Assembly (NCBI GenBank): GCA_040377305.1 | Contig: JBEIPA010000004.1 | Span: forward strand, 1 to 64,000 | Source of the DNA: Flavobacteriales bacterium | Lineage (GTDB): Bacteria > Bacteroidota > Bacteroidia > Palsa-965 | DNA length: 64,000 nt | Direction: 5' to 3' | In this document: piece by piece, positions 57,054 to 64,000 of the stretch | Position numbering within the stretch: position 1 is the first letter of the stretch | Layout: each line of letters starts with the position of its first letter | Notes under the pieces: generated by a model | Seen by the model: the letters and a program-made list of their open reading frames with translations, nothing else | Told to the model about the DNA's origin: nothing | Database searches by the model: none | Translations under genes and position numbers: made by a program

Positions 57054-57159
57054 ATCAATGGGGGTTTTAATGTTTACGCAAATTTATTCTACAACAGTCT
57101 TCGATCTGCCTCTGTTCATAACTGTTTTCTGAATCTCCCGACTCTACCGTGATGAAAGC

Positions 57160-57827
57160 TGTCACGGTCGCGCATATCTGTATGCGACGTGCCTTCCATT
57201 CACCAATGCATGCTGTCACGCGTACGCATACATAAGGTGGAGACTACTATCAACCTAATCCTATTCTCCAATGAACTTCAACGATAATCGGTTCTGCGAT
57301 CATCAGTCGATCTACAAGAAACTGATGCAACTCATTCCCGGTTTGGAGCAGCACATCGCTCCAGCCGAGGGCGTGATACGATCCCGCGTCGAAGGACGTC
57401 AGGATTTGATGTACAGCTACGTGCAGAAGGATTCGGACGGCCATCACTGCATCTCCTTAGCGCAGGAGATCAACTGCGAAGGCAGTCCTGCGCCTGATCC
57501 TGAAATGCTCATACGCGTCATACCAGAACAACAATTTGCCGAAGCGCTCACGTTCCTGAATCGCTTCGTGTATCACCGCGTCTATGACGAGTATGAAGAT
57601 GAGCCGTTCGTGCACATCAAGCATAAATATGACTTGAACGAGTATTTGTCTAACTGGCTTTCTACGCTCATCATACACGGCCATAACATCGAGCTTGGCG
57701 CGCAGCGAATCAATGAGCATCGCGGCCAGCGTGCAACGAATCGTAATCGCACCATTGATCGCGGCTCTAGTTCGGAATGCGATATCGAACGTTAAGTCAA
57801 AAACAAAAAGTGTCACGCCTCGGCATA
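57160..57827 (+). promoter_or_regulatory. Three copies of TGTCACG-N5-GCATA
   Basis: 57160-57176, 57214-57230 and 57811-57827, all intergenic upstream of element genes. Confidence 0.65.
57271..57795 (+). CDS. DUF1249-like protein
   Basis: YKKLMQLIP, PDPEMLIRV, AEALTF, LNEYLSNWLSTL..HGH pattern. Confidence 0.7.
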   Translation: MNFNDNRFCDHQSIYKKLMQLIPGLEQHIAPAEGVIRSRVEGRQDLMYSYVQKDSDGHHCISLAQEINCEGSPAPDPEMLIRVIPEQQFAEALTFLNRFVYHRVYDEYEDEPFVHIKHKYDLNEYLSNWLSTLIIHGHNIELGAQRINEHRGQRATNRNRTIDRGSSSECDIER

Positions 57828-57833
57828 TAAGCA

Positions 57834-58559
57834 TTGAACACCACTAACACTGCGAGCATGAACAAGAAAAAAAATACTCCGAAGAACTTGAGCGACGCAA
57901 CACGCAAAACAAATCATCGCTCTCTTCCCGAATCAAAACTTGAACGCCGCCAGTTCGCGCTCCCGATGGAAGAGCAGGAGAAGATTCTGCAGGAGCACCG
58001 CGACAAAGGACTTGCATACGGCCGCGCAAGTTACACCGGCACCATACAAGACAATACACGGAATCGAAATAATCAAAAACAAAATGATATGGAACAGGAT
58101 GGAAAAACATTACCCGACACGAAATTGAAATTCATCAGCTTCGGCTTGCCGTGGCATGACGGCTCCACGATCGAATACGTTGTCACTGATCTGCCCGGAG
58201 GTCGCCAAGCAGTAGTCGGGCGCATTGATGTACGCATCGACGAAACAACGAAAGAGCGCAGCTTCCAGGCATTCGGCTCAGAAGGACAAGAACTCTTCGT
58301 ACGCAGGCGCAGCCTGTATTGGCTCAAGCGGGAATTTACACGCAATGAGAACGAACTCTATGCGCAAGCGATCATCGATGCTAACAAGCCGCGCGAAGGC
58401 GGCACGGCAGAACAAGTGATCGCCGCGCTCAAGGAAAAGACGAACGCTCGTATCGAATCCGTTGCAAGTCCGTACTCCAAGGAAACGCATCGCGCAAAAA
58501 CAATCAAACGCCTTGCTAAATCGCGCGAAAACGGAAAGTCAAAATCACGCGGGCGTTAG
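57834..58559 (+). CDS. Hypothetical protein
   Basis: Open frame; true start may be ATG 57858 or 58089; basic C-terminus. Confidence 0.6.
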   Translation: MNTTNTASMNKKKNTPKNLSDATRKTNHRSLPESKLERRQFALPMEEQEKILQEHRDKGLAYGRASYTGTIQDNTRNRNNQKQNDMEQDGKTLPDTKLKFISFGLPWHDGSTIEYVVTDLPGGRQAVVGRIDVRIDETTKERSFQAFGSEGQELFVRRRSLYWLKREFTRNENELYAQAIIDANKPREGGTAEQVIAALKEKTNARIESVASPYSKETHRAKTIKRLAKSRENGKSKSRGR

Positions 58560-58609
58560 ATCGCTGACACATTTTATCCATCACGGCATACGCCGATAAC
58601 ACACAACCC

Positions 58610-59677
58610 ATGAAAAACCCTACTCTCTCATTACAGAGTCCCAAGCTCGAACAACGCACGCGCGAACGACGCGAGCAGATCAACGCGCAAGCGATCAAAG
58701 ACGCACGTATGCATGCCGAGATCAGCAGGCCGCTACCGCGCGACAAATCTTCCAAGCCCTACACGGGCACCTACACGGCACAATGGCTCGACGTGCGCAC
58801 GGAAGGTCTTCAGGACATCCAGCCCGAAGCGCATACGGCAAAGATCCGCCATGCGCTTGCTGCCGCGCAAGCGGAACGCGCGGAAATCAAACACCGAATC
58901 ACCGGTCTTGAACACGCGAATCGTCTGGCGAAATATGAGCAAGACGGCAATCCAGCAAGCGGATTCCGCGGTCTCAACCGCACGGGCCTACTCTTCGGTA
59001 TCGTATGTTATCTCGCCGAGGTTGCTTTCTACTCCTGGAGCTTCCAATTCATAGGCGACAGCTTGCTCTTCTCTTTGCTGATAGCAATCGGCATCTGTAT
59101 GGGCGGCGTCATGCTCGCACGCGGCATTCTTGACGCGCTTGCTAAACGCGAAACCCTCGGGCGCAAAGCATACATCATCGCCGGCATCATCTCGGCAGTA
59201 GCCCTCGCATCCTTCGCAGGACTAGCAATGCTTCGTGCGCAATCCATGTCGAGTGAAGAAGTGACGATGAGCGGCTGGTTCTTCTTCTCGATAAGCGTCT
59301 TCTTTTTTGTCGCAACGATTATCATCTGCCATCGCTATTTCCCCAAAGGCAACGACGCTGCTACCGATGCTGCACGCACGCTTGCCGATGGAATCAAATC
59401 AGGCCAGCGCGACATCGAACGGCTCAACGAGCGACTAAAAGCAGTGAATGATTCGCTTGCGTCTCACATGGAGCAGTACACGCACATCACCAGCATGGCC
59501 AATCATTTCACCGAGCGCATTAATTCGCTGCATCGCGAAACGATCGAACTGTATCATAATGCCAACATCACGGCCCGCAAGGATAACGCGACACCCGAGT
59601 GCTTCCTCGAACCAATCGCTGACTTACCACCAGCTCCAACCATTCCTACAATCGAACTTAACCTCTCCGACAAATGA
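58610..59677 (+). CDS. Membrane protein with four TM helices flanked by coiled coils
   Basis: Two hydrophobic hairpins between helical regions; ATGA overlap with the next gene. Confidence 0.75.
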   Translation: MKNPTLSLQSPKLEQRTRERREQINAQAIKDARMHAEISRPLPRDKSSKPYTGTYTAQWLDVRTEGLQDIQPEAHTAKIRHALAAAQAERAEIKHRITGLEHANRLAKYEQDGNPASGFRGLNRTGLLFGIVCYLAEVAFYSWSFQFIGDSLLFSLLIAIGICMGGVMLARGILDALAKRETLGRKAYIIAGIISAVALASFAGLAMLRAQSMSSEEVTMSGWFFFSISVFFFVATIIICHRYFPKGNDAATDAARTLADGIKSGQRDIERLNERLKAVNDSLASHMEQYTHITSMANHFTERINSLHRETIELYHNANITARKDNATPECFLEPIADLPPAPTIPTIELNLSDK

Positions 59678-60396
59678 AAGCAATCATCACCTCAGCAGTC
59701 ATCACGTGTGCATTCATCACACTAACTCTTTGCCTCCGTCCTGACAATCCCGACACGTTCGGCATCATCCTCATCGATCAGACAGAACCGCACAAGGCTT
59801 TGCCGACTGCCGGCGAAGTGCTGCCGCTGTTTAGTCTGGACTCTTATAAGTGGGGAAGCGCTCGCATCGGTTTCAGAGCAATCACCGATGTCAGTCTCAA
59901 TCGCACGACCGAATTCTACTTACCCAAAGGCGGCCCGATTCTCCTTGCAAACAGCTTTGAACGTGATCGGCAAGTCGCCGCCTACAACGAAGACGTAGCT
60001 GCACATCTTGATTCGCTTGCCCACGATACGATAGGCCGGCCACATTCAAGCGTCTTTCTGTCCTTGGCGCACGCCCTCAATACCATGGCCGCGAGCAATG
60101 CCAATCATAGGTTCATCGTCGTCTACAGTGATCTGTTTGAAAACCGGAGCACACTCTCATTCTACGATCCGCATACGCTTGCATTATTACAGTCGGATCC
60201 TGAGAAGATCGAAGCTCGCCTACTCGCAGATGCGCCGCTCGCCGAGGACCTCACCGGCATCACCATCTATTTCGTGTACGAACCTAAAGACGAACAGGCG
60301 GACACGAACTTCCGTCTCATATCGAACTTCTACTCCGTGATGTTCACGTCACGCGGCGCTCGCGTGATAATCGGCGCGAATCTGATAGTGCAATAG
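59674..60396 (+). CDS. Membrane-anchored vWA-like alpha/beta protein
   Basis: N-terminal hydrophobic anchor; IILIDQT and FIVVYSDLFEN strands resemble vWA/MIDAS motifs. Confidence 0.6.
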   Translation: MKAIITSAVITCAFITLTLCLRPDNPDTFGIILIDQTEPHKALPTAGEVLPLFSLDSYKWGSARIGFRAITDVSLNRTTEFYLPKGGPILLANSFERDRQVAAYNEDVAAHLDSLAHDTIGRPHSSVFLSLAHALNTMAASNANHRFIVVYSDLFENRSTLSFYDPHTLALLQSDPEKIEARLLADAPLAEDLTGITIYFVYEPKDEQADTNFRLISNFYSVMFTSRGARVIIGANLIVQ

Positions 60397-60431
60397 CGAA
60401 GCGTCAAGCGTATCTCCCAACACTTCTAACA

Positions 60432-60590
60432 ATGGCAGGCAACGAGAAAAACATGCTCGGCGAATTCCTCGGCACCATCGCCAAGTTCATCGGCAAGATG
60501 CTGCTCTGGATATTGTGGACAATCTTCCGCATCCTCGAGCTCATCAGTCAGGGAATCGCGACATGGATTAAAAACCATCTAATGAAATAA
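60432..60590 (+). CDS. 52-aa hydrophobic/amphipathic protein
   Basis: MAGNEKNMLGEFLGTIAKFIGKMLLWILWTIFRILELISQGIATWIKNHLMK*, ending 3 nt before the coupling-protein gene. Confidence 0.7.
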   Translation: MAGNEKNMLGEFLGTIAKFIGKMLLWILWTIFRILELISQGIATWIKNHLMK

Positions 60591-60593
60591 CAC

Positions 60594-62036
60594 ATGGCAG
60601 ACATGCTCACCACGCTCGCCGACATCGGCGAAGATGCAGTCAGAATGCTTGTCGGCATATTCGAAGGCATTGCCGCAAGCGGCAAGCACAAGCCCGGATT
60701 CAACGCCCGCTTTATCAGCGAGCGCGAAATACTCTCGACGAAGCACACCGGATTTTGCGTAACGGGTCGGCGTAATCTCAGCAACAAGCAATCCTATTCC
60801 GGGCTGTACGTACAATCGCCCACGGGAGGCGGCAAGACCACAACCGTCATTTTGCCCTCGTTGTATTCCATGACGGGTAGTTTTATCGTCCACGATCCAG
60901 CGGGGGAGATAGAAAAAATGTCGGCGGGATTCCTCAAAGAAAAAGGTTACGAAATCAAGGTGCTCAACTTCTCACGACCCGATATTTCATGCGGCTTCAA
61001 TCCGCTCACACGCGCGAATACCTCCACGGAAATCCAGAAGACAGCGAACATGCTCGTCACTGCCTCGCTCGGAGAGAATGCAAAAGATCCTTTCTGGAAT
61101 GTTTCAGCAACGTCGCTCTTGTCAAATCTTATTTCAGTCATCAAGACTCAACCTGCCGAAATGCAAACTCCATATGCGCTGCTGCAACTACTCAACTTGT
61201 TGAGCACTGCACCGAAAACAGTCTTGCATTTCTTCAAGACGCATGCGAACGATGCCGTCTGGTCGGACTTCTCCGCATTCATGCACCAGGAAGAAAAAGT
61301 GCGTTCAAGCGTAATCGCGACCTGTCGCGCTGCGCTCCAGATCTTCTCCGATCCCGAAGGTGTCGGAAAGATAACGGCATTCGACAATCTGCACATGGAA
61401 GACTTCCGCAACAAGAAGTGTGTGCTCTACATTCAGAATGCGATTAGTGATCAGCGATTCTTTGCAGTGCTCACCTCCATCTTCTTCGAGCAGTTCTTCT
61501 CGTTCATTCTCTCGCGCATGCCCGAGCAAACGGAACAGGATATTTATTTTCTCATTGACGAAGCATCATCCTTAAAACTACCCACGCTGCCGCTTGCGAT
61601 GGCAAACATCCGCAAGCACCGCGCCGGCTGCGCGATCATCGTGCAGGACTTCAATCAACTGTTACGTAATTACGGGAAGCAGGACGCAGAAGCGATACGC
61701 TCGAACTGCTACGCAAAATTGTACTTCGGCGGCAGCGGCCAGGAGACGACCCAGTCGCTCGAAAGCATCCTCGGCAAAACGGAAGTGACTGATGCGGACG
61801 GCAAGAAGAAAGTACTGCCGCTGATGACTGCGGACGCGATACGTACGATGCAATCGGACCAAGCGATTTTGCTGTGCGGAAATCTCAAGCCGATGCTCGT
61901 TAAGCTCAATCCGTTCTACAACAATTCGACCTATCGCCGTAATGCTGCAATGGTTGCGCCGACTCATCTAAATCAAATTCCATTCAACGAAATTCCAACC
62001 TTATCACTAGACACTGATGAAGATGACGAAGAATAA
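60594..62036 (+). CDS. VirD4/TraG-like type IV coupling protein
   Basis: Walker A SPTGGGKT, HDPAGE, FNPL, DPFW, Walker B FLIDEA, IVQDFNQL..YG. Confidence 0.9.
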   Translation: MADMLTTLADIGEDAVRMLVGIFEGIAASGKHKPGFNARFISEREILSTKHTGFCVTGRRNLSNKQSYSGLYVQSPTGGGKTTTVILPSLYSMTGSFIVHDPAGEIEKMSAGFLKEKGYEIKVLNFSRPDISCGFNPLTRANTSTEIQKTANMLVTASLGENAKDPFWNVSATSLLSNLISVIKTQPAEMQTPYALLQLLNLLSTAPKTVLHFFKTHANDAVWSDFSAFMHQEEKVRSSVIATCRAALQIFSDPEGVGKITAFDNLHMEDFRNKKCVLYIQNAISDQRFFAVLTSIFFEQFFSFILSRMPEQTEQDIYFLIDEASSLKLPTLPLAMANIRKHRAGCAIIVQDFNQLLRNYGKQDAEAIRSNCYAKLYFGGSGQETTQSLESILGKTEVTDADGKKKVLPLMTADAIRTMQSDQAILLCGNLKPMLVKLNPFYNNSTYRRNAAMVAPTHLNQIPFNEIPTLSLDTDEDDEE

Positions 62037-62514
62037 AAAGAACAGCAGCCTGTGGGCATATCTCGAAGCCATGGGCGTGCTCGAGCACGGAACAGATGCG
62101 GAGATCAAAGCGGCGAAGCGTGCGTATTGGAAAAGCTATTACGCCAAATACCGTCGCGTTCAACGTGAAGACAAGCCAGAATTCAGTGTGCCGCTCTCAA
62201 AGAAGAACGGAGATTATGGAAAGATGGCGCTTGGTGCGAAGCAGCATCGCATGACGATTACGACGTTCATAAGGAAGGCAGCGCTGTGCTATATGGATCG
62301 CTCGTATCTGTTGCCGAATCACAATCAAGTTGTGCGCATGGAACAGGCGCTAATGAATTGCCTGAACGAAGTGCAGTCTATTACCCGAACGAAAGAGAAG
62401 TATCATTGGGAGAGGGAACAGAAGTATGATGCTATCGCCGAACGCATCACGATACTCGAAAATGAAATCCGGCAAGCGCTGTGTTTCCCGCCGGAAAAAT
62501 CCAATGATCGTTAA
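62017..62514 (+). CDS. MobC-like relaxosome accessory protein
   Basis: RHH-like segment (FSVPL..GAKQHRMTITTFIRKAAL); overlaps both flanking genes. Confidence 0.6.
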   Translation: MKMTKNKKNSSLWAYLEAMGVLEHGTDAEIKAAKRAYWKSYYAKYRRVQREDKPEFSVPLSKKNGDYGKMALGAKQHRMTITTFIRKAALCYMDRSYLLPNHNQVVRMEQALMNCLNEVQSITRTKEKYHWEREQKYDAIAERITILENEIRQALCFPPEKSNDR

Positions 62515-63346
62515 AGTCAAAGGCTACAAGAGTATGGCGGCCGCGCGCAATTTAATCGCATACGCCATGGATGACCGCAAACGGATCTTCGACAAGCAGG
62601 GACGGTCGTTTGTGCTGACCAATAATCTCAAAGGACAGACGATAGAGGAATGGACACGAGAATTCAAAGAGAATGAAACCTACCGCATACACAGGCGAAA
62701 GAACAACGTCAAGATAACCCAGGAGATAATCGCATTTCACCGAGGCGATGCGAAAATGCTCTCGTTAAAAAAGATGGAGAAGATCGCACGCGAGTACATG
62801 CGCTTGCGAAATCCAAACGCAATGTATGTTGCAGTTCCTCACTTTGATAAAGAACATCCGCATATTCATATTGTCGCGGCTGCGGTCGAGTATCGCTCTG
62901 GGAAATCCTTGCACATGAGCAGGAGACAATTCGTCCAACTCAAAAAAGATATTCAAGTATACCAGATTGAGAAATATCCAGAGCTTGCGCGGTCGGTGGT
63001 AAGACATGGGAGGAAAAAGAAAGCTCGGGTGACGGATAAAGAATATCAAATGAAGTTACGGACTGGCAAGAAAACAACCCGGGAGGAAGTGATTGATCTT
63101 GTTTCCTCTTTCGTAGCTGCTGCGACCTCACAGGAAGACGCACATATGCGATTGCATACATCCAATCTTCAAATGTATCAACGAGGGAACAAAACGAGTG
63201 GAATCATATACAAAGGCAAGAAGTACCGCTTCAAAAGTCTGGGGTTCGATCTTCAAAAAATAGGAGTGCCGGAAAAAGAAGTGAGGAAAAACATGATACA
63301 TCCAGCTAGTAGGGGTAAAAGCGATATGAGCCGTCGCGCTCTTTGA
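62504..63346 (+). CDS. Relaxase/mobilization nuclease (MOBP-like)
   Basis: N-terminal LIAY catalytic Tyr candidate; HFDKEHPHIHIV HUH motif. Confidence 0.88.
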   Translation: MIVKVKGYKSMAAARNLIAYAMDDRKRIFDKQGRSFVLTNNLKGQTIEEWTREFKENETYRIHRRKNNVKITQEIIAFHRGDAKMLSLKKMEKIAREYMRLRNPNAMYVAVPHFDKEHPHIHIVAAAVEYRSGKSLHMSRRQFVQLKKDIQVYQIEKYPELARSVVRHGRKKKARVTDKEYQMKLRTGKKTTREEVIDLVSSFVAAATSQEDAHMRLHTSNLQMYQRGNKTSGIIYKGKKYRFKSLGFDLQKIGVPEKEVRKNMIHPASRGKSDMSRRAL

Positions 63347-63486
63347 TGCATAGGAATGCGAATCCTTCCCACAAATAAGGAACTTAATAGTTAATTGACA
63401 TTCAAGTGCCCACATGCAAGAATATTTGCATATCATATGTATTTTTCTATACTTTAGACGTAACTATAATCAACAATTAACTCACC

Positions 63487-64000
63487 ATGACTGAACAGCC
63501 TCAAGAAAAGTCCTTTAAACTGTTAAGTGTTTTCACCGGCATATTTGTGGGCGTGCTTGTTTTAGTGCCGTCTATGTCATCAAAGTTCATAGCCATAGGT
63601 CCCTTAACTATTGTAGGCTCAACACTAATATTTCCGATAACATTCATTTTTGGAGATATACTTACGGAAGTATACGGCTATGCTCGGTCAAGACGGGTTA
63701 TTTGGACAGGTATGGCCATGCAGATTTTCGCAGCCCTTTTTTATTGGATAATCGACATTTCCCCTCATCCTGCCTTTTGGAATAATCAAGATGCTTATCA
63801 TTTGATTTTAGGTCAAGCGCCCAGAATAGTTTTAGCTAGTTTGACTGCATATTTTTTCGGAGAATTCGCCAATAGCTTCATCCTTTCAAAAATGAAATAT
63901 GCACAAGGAGGGAAGCGAGGACTCAAGCAAGGATGGCGTTATGTGGCATCCACAATCGTTGGAGAAGGTTTTGATTCCATCTTTTTTATGACCGTAGCGT
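63487..64000 (+). CDS. yhhQ: Queuosine precursor transporter YhhQ/VUT family (truncated by window end)
   Basis: Hand translation: FPITFIFGDILTEVYGYARSRRVIWTG..PRIVLASLTAYFFGEFANSFILSKMK..STIVGEGFDS; absent from the ORF track because there is no stop. Confidence 0.9.
   Translation, partial: MTEQPQEKSFKLLSVFTGIFVGVLVLVPSMSSKFIAIGPLTIVGSTLIFPITFIFGDILTEVYGYARSRRVIWTGMAMQIFAALFYWIIDISPHPAFWNNQDAYHLILGQAPRIVLASLTAYFFGEFANSFILSKMKYAQGGKRGLKQGWRYVASTIVGEGFDSIFFMTVA

Larger units (their letters stand above)
56798..64000. mobile_element. Integrative mobilizable element inserted in tRNA-Asn (left part; continues beyond window)
   Basis: tRNA half at the boundary; coupling protein, MobC and relaxase genes; visible compositional shift. 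Confidence 0.8.

Noticed and set aside
63350-63486. preQ1 riboswitch upstream of yhhQ
   Set aside because: Could not find the class I stem/loop plus A-rich tail consensus by eye; an Infernal scan would be decisive

Overview
64-kb chromosomal segment of a Bacteroidota genome, judged from the many T9SS-cargo proteins, TAnnTTTG promoters and the ileS-dksA-lspA, flippase-dut-NTase-TPR-DUF4292-envC and sixA-ppk1-ppx clusters. About 1-56.7 kb is mostly housekeeping and envelope genes, with REP-like palindromes and heptamer repeats between them. Two accessory regions stand out. (1) An AT-rich three-gene cassette at 31.9-33.8 kb encodes a TIGR04255-like protein, an unknown protein and a protein with ADP-ribosyltransferase-like R/STS/H motifs; it is a candidate toxin-antitoxin-chaperone or anti-phage system. 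(2) An integrative mobilizable element starts at a displaced 3' half of tRNA-Asn (56755-56797) and runs off the right edge. It carries a DUF1249-like gene, two membrane proteins, a VirD4-like coupling protein lacking a membrane anchor, MobC, a relaxase, three copies of TGTCACG-N5-GCATA and a YhhQ queuosine-precursor transporter. Also found: a probable leader-peptide attenuator upstream of asd, a diverged duplicate of the asd 3' end, and an XRE gene with an operator-like palindrome facing a short structured, terminated transcript. All family assignments come from reading the sequence by eye; no database searches were run.
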